From positions 157,234,001 to 157,298,000 of the forward strand of contig NC_086097.1 of assembly GCF_963921235.1 (NCBI RefSeq): a DNA stretch of 64,000 nucleotides, read 5' to 3'. The position numbers and the translations under genes are program-made. The notes under the pieces were generated by a model. That model worked only from the letters and a program-made list of their open reading frames with translations, was not told where the DNA came from and ran no database searches. Positions within the stretch are counted from its first letter, which is position 1. Every line of letters starts with the position of its first letter. Source of the DNA: Mobula hypostoma (taxonomy: Eukaryota). Below are positions 1 through 13,137 of the stretch, piece after piece.

Positions 1-129
1 AATTGTAAAGAACAAATTTTAAACAAAGTTACTCTAAAATTCTTTGATTAGTATTTCCATGAGGACAATTGCTTTCTAATACACTTCCATGTATGACTCA
101 GGCAAGTCTGTTGTATTTCTTATTCACGT

Positions 130-660
130 GTGACGTGCAGTGATCACTGGCCAGGTGAATACTATTGGCCTCGAGAAGATATTGATGATTTGCCATTTTG
201 AAATGATGTAGAAAGCATGATACTAGTATGCGATAGGGAGTTCTAGGATTTTAGCTCAGTGAGAATGATGAAACAGTGAAAAGTTTCTAGGTTGGGATAG
301 TTTGTAACTTGCAGGGAATCTTGCAAGTGATGGTGTTAACATGTTTCTTCCATTCTTATCTTTCTTGATGGTAGATTTTGGAGGCTACTATCAAAAATAT
401 TTTTGATTTCCTTCAAAGTAGGTTGAAAAGTATGAATGCTTGAATGATTAAAGGAATGCGAATTGAGTGGGAAGTTTTATACAGTACTATTGGATACTAG
501 TTTATTGGATGCATTAGCGGTCACATTCCTGTAGAGGGCATTCCGTCATATAACTGTCTTGTGCCTTGTAGATAGTGAAAACCATGGAAAGCCAGAAAGC
601 AAGTCATTTATGACTGGATAACTAGCTGTCTTGTAGTTAATTGTGATTTACAGGATTCTG
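130..660 (-). mobile_element. Ancient, highly decayed CR1/L2-like LINE fragment
   Basis: Resembles by eye the 3' region of old elasmobranch CR1/L2-type LINEs (e.g. gggagttctaggattttagctcagtg); no ORF. Confidence 0.35.
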
Positions 661-811
661 AAGTGGCACTGATATCATTGAACATCTGGCTATATCCACA
701 GAAAGACTGTCAAGTGCAACTTTAATGGAGCTGGATGGTTGGACAGTGAGGGCATTTTATTTTGTGAGAGAACAATATACTTAAAGAACCTGCTAGCTGT
801 GAGAACTGGAT

Positions 812-945
812 TGGTCCTGATGAAGGGTCTTGGCCCAAAACGTCAACTGTACTCTTTTCCATAGATGCTGCCCAGCCTGCTGAGTTCGTCCACCATTTTG
901 TGTATGTTGATTGTATTTCCAGCATCTGCAGATTTTGTCTTGTTT
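812..945 (+). repeat. Penelope-derived terminal repeat (pLTR-like) with mutated hammerhead core
   Basis: tggtc-CTGATGA-agggtcttggccc-AAAA-cgtc-aactg then tttccatagatgctgc...ctgctgagtt...cattttgtg; same family as 38881-39018; GAAA changed to AAAA. Confidence 0.8.
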
Positions 946-1899
946 CTGCTTGTCCTCAGCCTTCAGAAATATTAACATAAGCATGGACTACTGAAATAAA
1001 TAATCCATTACAAAAATTGCCCCAGTTATCCAAGAGTCTGCAATCGGAAATCTTGCTGTAAATGTCAAGGATTAGCTAGAATCAGTAGAGATACACAGCT
1101 GGAGAAGATTTTAAGACTTGTTATTTTTCCCACCTAACATTCTGGGTACAGAAACAGTTTTCACACCTGAAATTCAATTTAAATGAAAAGTGTAACCAAA
1201 TATAACTACTAGAATTTTTTGACCACCCAAAACGCAATTTAGATAATGAAATTTTCATATATTAATTTCCTTTTCAAACAAATGAAGAAGATGTAGGATA
1301 GCAAGCTAAATCCTGTTTCTGAAACCACTGTTTGGATCGAGGAATGGAGAGACCACTCCTTTGGAAGCGGCGAGTGAGAGACTGTCACATGCATACACCT
1401 TCCTGTGGTAGCTGCGAGCAAGCGACTGTTGATGGCATTCCACACTCACCACAATGTTTTCAATCTTCCTCGATGCTTTAACTGGTGAGATCATAAAGCA
1501 CCATCAATGAATACTGTGGGATATAGATTAGTTACTGATACACGTAGAGGAAAACCTGGTGGAGTTTAATCAGGGCAAACGTGAGCAGTTGTATTTTGGG
1601 ACATGAAATTAAAGAAGAAGGTACACTGTTATTGTCAGCATTATTAACAACTGTGAAGTACAGCAGGATCTTGGGGTTGAAGTCCATACTGCCCTTAGCA
1701 ATCCCTTCTGAGCCCGTAAAACCACAATGGAGACAATTTATTCTCCATCCTTGAGGACTATCTACAGAGAAGAAAAATCCAATGCTGAGATGGTCATACA
1801 ACCAAATTAGAAATCCTAAATCCCTATTGATATTAGGCGAATCCTCATCATAGTGGCTGAAAAATATATTTACAGATAAGGGAAACATATTCCTACAAG

Positions 1900-2312
1900 A
1901 GGACCACAACTTTGTTGTTGTTTGGAGGCTTGCTTGCCCCAATAACCTGGAGAGCTATGCTGGCTGGAGTCCAATTCTTATGCTTTGGTTCCTGATAAGG
2001 TCACCTATGCCAAACAGATCAAAGGGTAGAGGCCAGACCCAGAGTGATCCACTGTTCCTCCAGGTTTGGGAGTTCAGCTCAGGGCTAGCAACCCTGACTA
2101 GTCAAACAAAACTATTATGGAAAGAGCAATGAAGAAACCTTCTGCATCTGTGTATGATGGTACAGGAGACCAAAGCCAACTTGGTGGTGTACTGTAGAGG
2201 CATAAATGAGGGCCCTGAACCACACCTAGAGCACAATAGAGAAGAAGGCCAAGCACAGACAGAGATGGAGGACCTTCATTGCTGCCGTAAACGCCAGCAG
2301 TATGATGGAATC
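1900..2312 (+). mobile_element. RTE-like non-autonomous LINE derivative (5' and 3' ends joined)
   Basis: 5'-like segment gggctagcaaccctgactagtcaaac; 3'-like segment reads ...KAQTEMEDL / RWRTFIAA, resembling RTE ORF ends; recognised by eye only. Confidence 0.4.
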
Positions 2313-2646
2313 AGTGTTTTTTAAGGGATTGTGGTCAGAGACAGAGAGAATCCTTGTGGGAATATCCAGGCTGAGATTTCAAAGACATTGCAAAAAATAT
2401 ATTAACTGGCTATGAGTGGCATCTAAATTATAGCAAGAAACACCATTAAGTATAACAAATAAGAGTGTACAGTATATCTATACATGTATGTTATTGTACA
2501 CACAAGTGGCCAGATCTTCAGTGTTTGTTATGTGTTCGAGCTTCTGGGCTAAAAAGTTAAAAAAGAAAGTGTAAAGTTAACAAGTTGAAATGAAAAGTTT
2601 GGATACAATGGTGTATTTGTTGAGCTTCACAGGAATATAAATTGTA

Positions 2647-2711
2647 ATGCTGAGGATGGAGCCTTCCTTCAAAGCAACAAGTGAGCTTCAGTCAACAAGT
2701 CTCATAAATCA
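2647..2711 (+). CDS. Candidate first coding exon of an unidentified plus-strand gene
   Basis: Acceptor cttcacag ends at 2632; in-frame TAA at 2638 precedes ATG 2647; reads MLRMEPSFKATSELQSTSLIN; consensus donor gtaagt at 2712; phase 2 matches the next candidate exon. Confidence 0.4.
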
Positions 2712-3598
2712 GTAAGTGCTGGTTATAAAGTGACTAACATTGATCATAATAGAAAAATATGATTTATAACATGGAGTATGCTCATAAAATATAAACACTG
2801 CTTTTGCAGATGGAATATAATATTGTTTTACAAACTAAGAGCAATACTTATGATAAACAGAATATTTCTATAAAATTACAACTAATTTGAAAGGGAACAT
2901 ATTGTTTCAAAAATTAAACCACAGTCTTCCACTGGAATTGCTTTTGCTAAACTTAGAGAATGGAATTACTCCCAAGGTGCGATTATGATCACAACAGTAG
3001 TTTCACATGTGATTGAAAGTATATCTCAGCACAAATATTAAAAAGCTTTGATTCCCTTGAAATTCACAGTTTTAAGAAAAAAATTAAAAATTTGTTCCAG
3101 TAATCACTATCTTTATTTTTTAATTGTGAATGTTACATTGTAAGTTTGTAATAGTGATATAATTCCTCTCATAAATAAATGTAGTTAATACATTACATTT
3201 TACACCGAATTTAGTGCTGGAAGTTCAAACATGATATTGAGATCAGACATCGCTGCACAGTGTAATGGAATTACAGTATGCGCTAACAAGAAGCAAAGAT
3301 ATAGGGGTAGAAATTCAACCTAGCCAGCTGCCCATGTTATTCCCACTTTGATCATTTTTCAGTTTTTCCATCTATTGAGAATAAAATCAGCCAGAGTACA
3401 ACTCAAACTGTTGATTCACTGTTTTCTCATTCATAGCCTAAGATGAATATCTACCATAAAGATTTCAAAATGACACTCTGCAAAGATTAATAAATGGGTT
3501 AACCCTTCCATTAAAATAGATAAGAAATTTCATTTAAGATTTCATTAGTACACTGTATGCAATTCCAAAACAATTATCTGTTTTATCCTATTAAAAAG

Positions 3599-3713
3599 AT
3601 ATAAAGAAACTGTCCAAATATTGAGAGCAATAGATTTATTTGCAGACATACTTCAACAAAAGATGACAGTTACTGAAATTGTTGGACATGTTTCTGCATA
3701 CTGTAATAATCTG
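3599..3713 (+). CDS. Candidate coding exon of an unidentified plus-strand gene
   Basis: Acceptor ctgttttatcctattaaaaag; open frame YKETVQILRAIDLFADILQQKMTVTEIVGHVSAYCNNL; donor gtaggt at 3714 (alternative gtcagg at 3718); lies in non-repeat sequence. Confidence 0.45.
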
Positions 3714-4013
3714 GTAGGTCAGGATATCTGGCATTTTCTTGGCATCCACAAACCCCAGATGGTTTACATTCTTATTAATATATTCCATCTGAGCTTTACT
3801 TCATTATCTTTTCTAGAGCTTTACCTTCAGTATCATTTTATGCTAGTCTCACAGGCTTTGCATGCTGCCGAATAATTCCAAATTATTTGTGGCTCAGTTA
3901 AATTGATTTGGTATCTGTATTTCTTGCTGCCGATGACTTTATTTGATCAATATCCATTCCATTTTTCTTTTGGAATATCAGCTATTGAAATGCAATATCT
4001 CATCAGTTAATAT

Positions 4014-4340
4014 CACAGCAGGGGTGATTGATAAGTTTATGGCCTAAGGTAGAAGGAGATGAGTTATTAACTTCAAACTTTCTGCATAATCACTCAGAGT
4101 TGAACTGCATGTGCATGTAACATGAGCTGGATAACTCATCTCCTTCTACCTTAGGCCACGAACTTATCAATTACCCCTGCTGTGGACACTTTCTGGAGGT
4201 CCAAGATCCGTATGTTCCACGACCGCTGGACTAAGTGTGTAAATGTAGGAGGGGACTATGTTGAAAAATAAATGTGCTAGGTTTTCTAAAATTGAGTCCT
4301 TCTACCCTATAGGCCACAAACTTATCAATCACCCCTCGCA
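4014..4340. mobile_element. Mariner-like MITE with nested inverted repeats
   Basis: 4014-4067 is the near-perfect reverse complement of 4131-4184; a third arm at 4297-4338 ends ...atcacccctcg, like a mariner-type TIR. Confidence 0.75.
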
Positions 4341-5454
4341 CTTGGACAGTACAATTGTGGCTGTATCTTGCTTTTGTACACTGCTTATGGATTACATTGA
4401 AATCCTTTGGATACTTCCTCAGGAAAGTGTTTGATATGTAAGCAAATACAAACAGCCGATTTATATGCACTGTACAAAATGGACAATGATTCAAAGTATA
4501 GATTGTCTGTTTTTAAAGGAGTTGATTAGGAAAACCATGTTGGCAAGAAGGGCTCAACTTTCTCTGTTCTTTGCCATGTGCCTACTCTAATGTTTCATCG
4601 TAAAATTATTATAGCATAAAATTATTGAATCACAGTTACCGATGGTAGACTGCCATTTGGCCTGTCAAGTCTGTACCAGTTATATGTATGAATAATCTAG
4701 CTTGTCCTACATTTATAAAATTTCTCTTACTTCAGATACTTGTCCAGCTCCTTTGAGAACACAACAAATTAACCTCTCATCCCTGTTATGCCTACCAGTG
4801 CATTTCAGAATCTAACCATAGGCTATGCAAAAAAGCTCTTCTCCCTCATGTTCCATTTGGTTCTATTGCCAGTCCTGATGCAAGGTTACAACCTGAAATG
4901 TTATTTGTTCATTTCCTTCTATAGATTCTGCAACTCACCCATTACTCTGGATTCAAGCACCAAGTGTTTCCATAACCCTATTGCCAAACACCTTTATTGT
5001 GTTCTTCAATTCCTGGTCTTCTTTACCAATCGGAACACTTTCTATTTGCTCTTTGTATCCTGCATTATATCAGATCCCTTTGAAATCAACTCTATTCCTG
5101 GGAGAATGACCATGGGGTATCCACATAACAAAAGCATATTATCTCTGTGATCTGTTCACAGGATCTCTTTCATATCTTTTCTGAAGCCTTTACATTTTTC
5201 CAAAAAGGTAGTGTGCATAAATTAACACAATACATCAAGGGTGGTCACATCACCATTTCACAAATGTTCAACATGTTTTCTTTTCTCTGTTTTTCTACTT
5301 ATCAGACCCAAGTTCTTTTCCACATCTTTAACTACTTCCTCAATTAAATATGAACATCTACCCAAGATCTCCCTGTTCCTAATTCTGCAGTTTATTTTGC
5401 TTCTTCTCATTCTTCCTGCCACTTTGCATTGCTCAACATTAAATTTTAAATTTT

Positions 5455-6035
5455 ATTTACTTGAGGTCTTCTGTTGGTCAGGGTTGACCATGAATGTTGT
5501 GTCCTAGCTCTCCACATGATATGTAAGACAGGGCAGTACGATATGGAGAGCAAGCTGTTTCTCATGTAGCAGACTCCCCCTCACCTCACTGCTGAGGAAT
5601 TCAAAGGAATGGCAGGTACCGATAGAGGTTGGTTCCAGCGGTGTCAAGGCGTTGCCGGTCAGCATTGAGCTCAGCATGGGACTGTCTTAGGGACTCCAGC
5701 TCCGTATTTTTCCCTCTGGGTTTACTCCCAAATGAGTGGGTATAGCTACAAGGCAGTGGAGGTTTGTGATCAGAGGTTTCCTTCTCCTAAATGAGCTGCT
5801 AACCATGAATGATGAGCCCCATCTGCCCACAGCAACTGTTTTTTAGGTGTCAGTAACACGCCTTTTCCCCTTCTTCTGTCAGTAGAAACAGTTCTTCCAG
5901 GATTAATAGTTAAGCCTCACCTGAAGGCCACAAGCTGGATTGATTGTCAGAGGCTATTTGGGATGCATGCCATTGGGAGCATTTAATAGGTAGCTAGGGC
6001 TTATTCCTGTTACCACCCCCAGCTACAACAATCAT
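5455..6035 (-). mobile_element. Probable RTE-like non-autonomous element
   Basis: GC-richer block with sharp borders; by-eye resemblance to RTE-type UTRs; no ORF. Confidence 0.3.
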
Positions 6036-6039
6036 AAGG

Positions 6040-6486
6040 AATACACACAAACTGCTAGAGGAACTCAACAGGTCAGGAAGCATCTATGGAACTGAATAAA
6101 CAGTCGATGTTTCAGAGGAAGACACCAGCATAAAAAGGTGGGGGAAGGGGAATGAGAATAGCTAAAAGGCGACGGGTGAAGCCAGATGTGTAGGAAAAGC
6201 GAAGGGCTGGAGAGGAAGAAATCTGATAGGAAAGGGAGTTCACCATAGGAGAAAGGGAAGGAGGAGATGACCCAGGGTGGGTGATATGCAGGTGAGAAGA
6301 GGTTAAACGGCCAGAGTAGAGAATAGAAAAAGAGGGAAGGGGGAGGGAATTTTTTTTTTACTGGAAGGAAAAATCGAAACTCATGCTGCTAGGTTGGAGG
6401 TTACCCAGACTGAGTATAAGGTGTTGCTTTTTCACCTTCAGGATGGCTTCCTCGTGACAAAAGAGGCGGCCATGGACAAACATGTT
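6040..6486 (-). mobile_element. Penelope-like element 3' end (ORF end, UTR, pLTR remnant)
   Basis: Minus strand reads MFVHGRLFCHEEAILKVKKQHLILSLGNLQPSSMSFDFSFQ* (GIY-YIG C-terminus), then a pyrimidine-rich UTR and the repeat gaaacatcgactg...tgagttcctctagcagtttgtgtg. Confidence 0.8.
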
Positions 6487-8065
6487 GAGTACAGAGAGGA
6501 AATTAAGAACCTGGTGGCATGGTGCGAAGACAATAACCTATCCCTCAATGTCAGCAAGACGAAGGAATTGGTTGTTAACTTCAGAATGAGTAGCAGACCG
6601 CACGACCCAATTTACATCGGTGGTGCGCAAGTGGAACAGGTCAAAAGCTTAAGATCCTTGGGGTCGATATCACAAATGACCTGACTTGGTCCAACCAAGC
6701 AGAGTCCACTGCCAAGAAGGCCCACCAGCGCCTTTACTTCCTGAGAAAACTAAAGAAATTTGGCCTGTCCTCTAAAACCCTCACTAATTTTTATAGATGC
6801 ACCATAGAAAGCATTCTTCTAGGGTGCATCACAACCTGTTATGGAAGTTGTCCTGTCCAAGACCGGAAGAAGCTACAGAAGATCATGAACACGGTGCAGC
6901 ACATCACACAAACCAATCTTCCATCCGTGGACTCACTTTACACCGCACGCTGTCAGAGCAATGCTGCCAGAATAATCAAGGACACAACCCACCCAGCCAA
7001 CACACTTTTCGTCCCTCTTCCCTCCGGGAGAAGGCTCAGGTACTTGAAGACTCGTACGACCAGATTTGGGAACAGCTTCTTTCCAACTGTGATAAGACTG
7101 CTGAACGGATCCTGAACCTGATCTGGGCCGTACCCTCCAAATATCCGGACCTGCCTCTCGGTTTTTTTGCACTACCTTACTTTTCATTTTTCTATTTTCA
7201 ATTTATGAATGTAGCCCCCTGGCCAGCCTCAGGGTCACTCAGCTCGCTGTTGTCTAGGGAACCAGCCCTTGGCCCCGCCAAACTGAGTAATTAGTTTGTG
7301 TGGATGCTGTGTGATGTACCCCACCCCGCCCAAATAACAGACAATACACCAGATACGATTAACTGATTTACAGTTTATAGTTATTACTGGAACTATATAA
7401 TTAATAGAGAATAAAATATAAAAGGAAAATATAAGGTGCCACACTTAACAAAGTTCAATCTGTTCGTGCACAAACAGTTGGAGCTCAGGACCCTCCTTCT
7501 TCACTCTGCAATCCCCTCGGACCACCTCGACCTGCCACCTGGGACCAACAACAGTGGTCGACCAGATGATCCACACGAGTCCGTCTCCGTCTCCCCTCCT
7601 CGCCGAACACCCTGGACCTCGGATTCCTGCTCAGGGTCCGACCCCCTTAACGGACTCACAGCACCTGGTCCATCCTCTGTCTCTCTCTCTCCTGCCTTCT
7701 CCCCCAAAACCCGTGCATACAATATCTTACAGACACACAGAAAGCATGACAACTATCCCAATTGGTTCATTTGTCCTCTTATCAATAGATAATCCAAAAC
7801 AATCTGCTAGCTGGAGGACTTTCTCAGCAGTTAGCATAACAAAGAAGCCCTTTCAATTATAACATAACAAAGAAGCCATTTTAATTAGACTACACGGTGA
7901 CAAAAAAACCCTTACAATTTATAATTTAAATTTTTAATATTTACTATTGATTTGTAATCCAGGGAGCGGGAAGCGTGGAATCAAATATCGCTGTGGTGAT
8001 TGTGCATTCTAATATCAATTGTTTGGCGACAATAAAGTATAAAGTAAAGTGTAAAGTAAAGTAAA
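6487..8065 (+). mobile_element. 5'-truncated Rex1/Babar LINE (RT C-terminus), interrupted by a solo LTR
   Basis: EYREEIKNLVAWCEDNNLSLNVSKTKELVVNFR ... IIKDTTHPANTLFVPLPSGRR...NSFFPTVIRLLN; tail aataaagtataaagtaaagt. Confidence 0.9.
7210..7916 (-). mobile_element. Probable solo LTR inserted in the Rex1/Babar 3' UTR
   Basis: TGTA...TACA termini; about 700 bp GC-richer block that splits the AT-rich LINE UTR; no clean TSD seen; strand tentative. Confidence 0.6.
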
Positions 8066-8076
8066 ATTAAATCAAA

Positions 8077-8435
8077 TTAAAATGTTTGGCCACTGGAAAA
8101 GTTTCACTTTTGGTAGATGGAGACGTAGGCGCTCTATGAAGCAGTTCCCCAATTTACCGCAGGTCTCATCATTGTAGAGGAGGCTGCATCAGGAGCATTG
8201 GACACAATAGATGGCCCCAGAAGATCCACAGCTGAAGTGTTGCCTCACCTGAAAGGACCGTTTGGGGCCCTGAGTGGAGGTAAATGGGTAGGTGTAGCAC
8301 TTTGGCCGCTTGCAGGGATAAGTGCCGAGAGGGAGATTAGTGGGGATGGACAAATAGACAAGGAAACCACAGAGGGAGCAATCTCTGCAGTAACTGGGTG
8401 GGGTAGTAAAGATATGTTTGGAAGTAGGATCCCTT
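8077..8435 (-). mobile_element. Penelope-like element GIY-YIG endonuclease fragment
   Basis: GTYPCKRPKCYT...QGPKRSFQVRQHFSCGSSGAIYCVQCS*CSLLYNDET: Cys-rich linker plus GIY-YIG-like motif; collinear with 6040-6486. Confidence 0.85.
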
Positions 8436-11269
8436 AAGGATCCTACCATCAAAGGAATAATTTTATGGGTCATTTTTAATTTACTACCAATCATTTATTC
8501 TATCAGCTTAATTATAACCCCTTATTATTACCGTCAAATACTCAGATAGAGGCTATTTAACGTATTGTCCATGTTGGTTCTTTGCAGAGTAATCTAGATA
8601 TCCCATATCACTGCTTTATCCCATTGAAATGCAAAGTATTTTTCTTCAAGTGTCTGTCTAATTCCCTTTTGATGTCAAAAATTAATTTTCCATCTCTGTC
8701 AATGGAGTGCATAGTGACTGTATGCTACAGTCTGTAATTGATTTGAAATGGAGTTGTATTACAAATGTGAGCCAATATTCCAGTCCTCCACCTAGGACAA
8801 GAATCAAGCTGGGTATTTCTTGAGGTGGTCTGTCCTCAGAGAAGTGCCATACATTGCTCATAAATAGTTCAGAGTGAAAATATTGCATTCTAGTTATATG
8901 AGTTAATACAACTTGAGGCTATTATAAATGATTAATTATAATATTATTGCAAAAGTAATAAATAGAGGCTGCATGGTAACAATCTACAATAAGCTTATTA
9001 AGCAGTTAAAAGGATTTCATTTATTGGAAACCATCAAGCAGAGCAAAATTATACACACACAAAGCCAGAAGGCATGTGCTTCTCTAAGTAGTTCTTAAAT
9101 GTGTCTGGAATTTAACATTTTCAAACAAATTCATTGATAATTGTGTGAATTACAGATAGCATTCTCTCATACTTAGCTGTGAGCAGCCACACTCTGAAGA
9201 CCTGGCTTATCAGTCTCCTTAGTAAGAACTTATTTATACAGGCTTGGTTAGCGCACTGCCAGTAAATTTAATATCATGTCAGAGTTGAGTTCATATTCTC
9301 CCAAAAATTTTAAAAGGAATGCCGTACCTGCCATCTCAGTGAGCTAACAGGATTTCAGTTTCAAAAGGTGGCACGTTCTGTGGCACAGCATTCTCTCAGT
9401 ATTCATTATCAACTTAGATTTTTGTGTTTGAGTCTCTGGCTTGAGACATGAACCCACGATCTTCTGTCCTTCCCCCCACACCCCCCCCCCCGATCCTCCA
9501 GCTCTCAGAGGAAACAGAGAACGAGTGAAGAGCTTTGTGTAAAAGCGGTTTTCCCAGTATGTTGAAATGACCTGTGGGTAGGCTGAACAGAAAGGCGCAT
9601 GCACTTGTCATGATCAAAATCATGCCCAAAGAGCACTGGATGCTCAATAATCCAGTTTAGGCATTTCTTCCGCATCATATGACAGCTCCTTTCTTCACAG
9701 AAGAGCCATGATTCTCATGGGACTAGTGCACTGAACGTGTGCATTCTGCTGAGCAATTTAGGCAACACATAGACTTCAAGCTTCCATATCCAACAGCACA
9801 AGGAGTTGAATGACAACTCTCGGATCTTTCTACAAAGAACAAAATACACCTGAAATAAAACAATTCCTCCTTAGTTTTGCTTTCCCCTTCATTTGCTTGA
9901 AAAGCCAGTGGTGTTGGTTGATCTCCTCAGAAGCAATGGTAAGCTAGAAGTTTAGAATTATGGTTATTTAGAATTGGTACAGCAGTTTCAGGTAACCTTA
10001 AATGGAGACTAAAACCCACTCTAGTCCTTGCTAACTTTGTATGGAAACAACAGACTCAGAATAGGCTGTGGGTACCAATTTAACTTAATTTTTATTTATA
10101 AATTCCAAGTGTATGTTATTAGTGCTATTTATGTTAATTGGCAGATTGGTCAGTTGGTAACACATGGATTATCCAAGCACACCAGAAGTATGCACAGTAC
10201 GCTATTGATGTCATCAATTTCGTTGCAACAGCCATTGATGCCAGTCCTGCCAGCTTTGCATGTGACAATCCAGTAAGGATTAATGAAGCAAGAGGAAGCT
10301 AGCATGTAACAGCAGGGAGACTCCATAATCATCTCTACTCAACATAATGCCCACAAAGGGGATCCTAAACATCACATATGTTTGCTTGTTGTTGATATTA
10401 TTGGGGAAAACTGTAGTAATAGCTTTGAATAAAAAGGTAACACTCTCGTAATCCTTCAGTGAATGTTTAAGATGGGTCTGACTGCTCTGTGCAAGGAACG
10501 TATTGTCTGAGCTGTGATGGTGGGTCTGACTGTTAAACTCTTACTGTCTCTTACGTCCAGGTCTGGCTTCATCTGAAACAGAGAGGTACAGTACCGAAAC
10601 AGCCCTTCGGCCTACCATGCCGATGCTGATATTCTATACCAGCACGAGTCTATAGCCTTGTATTTCTAGGCTATTCAAAGACAATTCACTCTATTTGGTG
10701 TGTAGTGGTAGTGCAGTGGTGGAGAGCAGCAAAATATGGCTATGTAGAGTCTTGTTAACTTTGTGGGCTTGCCAGGGGAGCAATTTTGACTGACAGCACC
10801 CAATTTGCCTTGCCAAAATTTGGTATTAGCACCCTCCCACAGGAAATCCCAAACCACAGTATTATAAACCTGATGGTTAATCATGGACATGAGAGGCAGT
10901 GTGGAAAGGTACCTTAAAACCTTAACCCTCCTCCAAGCTCTTTATCTTTTGGTTCCTACACTGGACCAATAGATTGCTGCTTGAGAAAAAGGTTATCCTT
11001 GTTAAACCTGGTTCCAGACACCAATCCAAGCCAACACAGGAAGTGTTCTTGAAAAAGGATAAAATAATCAGCAGACTATTGGCATTCGAAAGGAATAGTC
11101 TCACTTATTGAACTACTTTCGACATAAAACTGTTATGCACTGCAGTGAAGGTTTTCCAGCATGTGGTGATTGCTAATTCTTCCACAATCTTGGTTTAGTC
11201 CATGTTCAGACACTATCAAGAGGAGAGACTGAATGATAGAAATGGCCTTAAAAAGCCCTCCTATTTTTT

Positions 11270-11510
11270 TGGACATGCAGCATGGTTTTCGGCCTTTCGG
11301 GTTCAACAAGCCTGCACTGCCCAATTGCACCTATGTGACCAATTAACATACTAACCCACATGTCTCTGGAATCTGGAAGCAAACTGGAGTACCCATAGAA
11401 AACCCATGTAGTCAAAGGGAGAATGTACAAACACCTTACAGGCAGTGGTGAGAATTGAACCTGGGTCACTGTGCTATAACAACGTTATGCTAATCATGCC
11501 ATTACCATGT
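11270..11510 (-). mobile_element. HE1-like tRNA-derived SINE
   Basis: B-box-like ggttcaattct on minus; V-SINE-like core (aaaacccatgtagtcaaagggagaatgtacaaac); CR1-like tail. Confidence 0.7.
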
Positions 11511-11730
11511 CACTTTCGTATGGATAAAGCTGTGACGAAAAACATCATAATATCACTTCATTCTTCAGGGAAGCATTCTAGGTTCAAGAATCCTTGTTGC
11601 TTCTTCAACAGTTTCAATAGATTCAATTCTTCATAAGATTAGAAGTGAAGGGTATCCATAGCAGATCGTAGGTGACAAGTAAAACTTGTGCTGCTGCAAG
11701 GTCCAGGTAATAAGCAAACTGCTGGGTCAA

Positions 11731-12212
11731 CTCAGCAGGCCAATCAATACCTGGGGAGGAAAAGGATTTGAATGCATTTTGGGGAGGGATCCCAAAACAT
11801 CAACTGACCTTTTCTCTCCACAGTTGCTGCTCAATAGGCTGAGTTCCTCCAGCAGTTTGTTTGTTGCTCCTGATTCTAGAATCTTCAGTCCCTTCTAATC
11901 TCCGAGTGCAGGCAGTGATTATCTATAACAATGACAGCTAACCCTACTCCTCTTAAAATTCAACAGCACTCATTGTGAGCTCCTCCACCATAAACATTCT
12001 GTATGTCATCACACATCAGAAACAACTAGTTTGATGAGTAAAAAAAGCACAAGTGCTGAGTATCTGCTGGTGTTCTGTATGTCAGGTTTCTTTGCAGCAG
12101 CTCCATATCCCCCACTTCTACCATCTGGAAGAGAAAAGGCGGCATGTGTCTGGGTAACTCACCATCTGCAGGCTTACCTCCACATGACACATTATTCCAA
12201 GTTGGAATTACA
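11731..12212 (+). repeat. Local duplication, copy 1 (copy 2 at 13138-13601)
   Basis: Collinear from ctcagcaggccaatcaatacctgggg to attattccaagttggaattaca; composite of a pLTR remnant and an old LINE fragment. Confidence 0.9.
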
Positions 12213-13137
12213 GTATTTTAGTGATCCTTCATTCTCAATCTATTAAAACCTAGCAAATCTCTTCCTAACAACACGTTGGCAGTACATTCATCACAAAAAC
12301 TACACTGGCTCATGATAGTGAACCCTGGCTATCAGGACAACAAGGAGTGCGTAATAAATGCTTGTTTTGAAAGCACTGCCCATGTTCTATAAAGGAATAT
12401 GAAAAATGTGAACTCTTATTAAATCTGTCTAATAATCTCTTCTTCCTCATTAATGTATTTAGTTGCAATTAGTCATGTTCCTCATTAAGTAACATGCCTG
12501 GGTGAAGGTATTATGTTTCTGTATTCAATTTCCCCACCATGCAATGTTGGAGACTTGCATCTAATTGGAATTGCATGGTGGTTTGTGAACAGTAAAACTG
12601 AGGCACTGCACATTAATTTTGATCATTTGCAGTCTTTATAGACTCTAAAATTGGAATTACCCAGCTTGGTGGAGGGTATGTACTGCCACATGGAATAACC
12701 ATACATCACAGGGATTAATCACAATGCCACATAATATAAATTAACTCATGTCTGCATTATAATTATTTAGCATTTGTTTATTTCTCACAAAACCTTTATT
12801 TCCTACTAGAACAGTTAATAATTTTTAAGAACTCTTCCAGTATTTCAATATGATTAATCATATTTTTACCGTCAAAAGTATCCTGACCGGTTACATCATG
12901 GCCTGATATGATAATTCAAATGTGCAGGAACATAAGATATTGTGGAGAATAGTAGACTCAGCTGACCACATTCTTTCCCACCGTCAGTTGTATCTACAGG
13001 TGACATTGACTTAGGAAGGCGATATCCGTCATCAAAGAACCCTACCATCCTGCACATGAAATCTTCTTGCAGCTACCATTAGCTACCATTAAAGGTTAGA
13101 AAAAAAACTTGAAGTTCCATATCACCAAGTTCAGAAG

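Noticed and set aside
1532..1942. 136-aa minus-strand ORF
   Set aside because: No recognisable motif or splice context; starts within a repeat
7436..7862. Overlapping ORFs on both strands
   Set aside because: Arise from GC-rich LTR-like sequence
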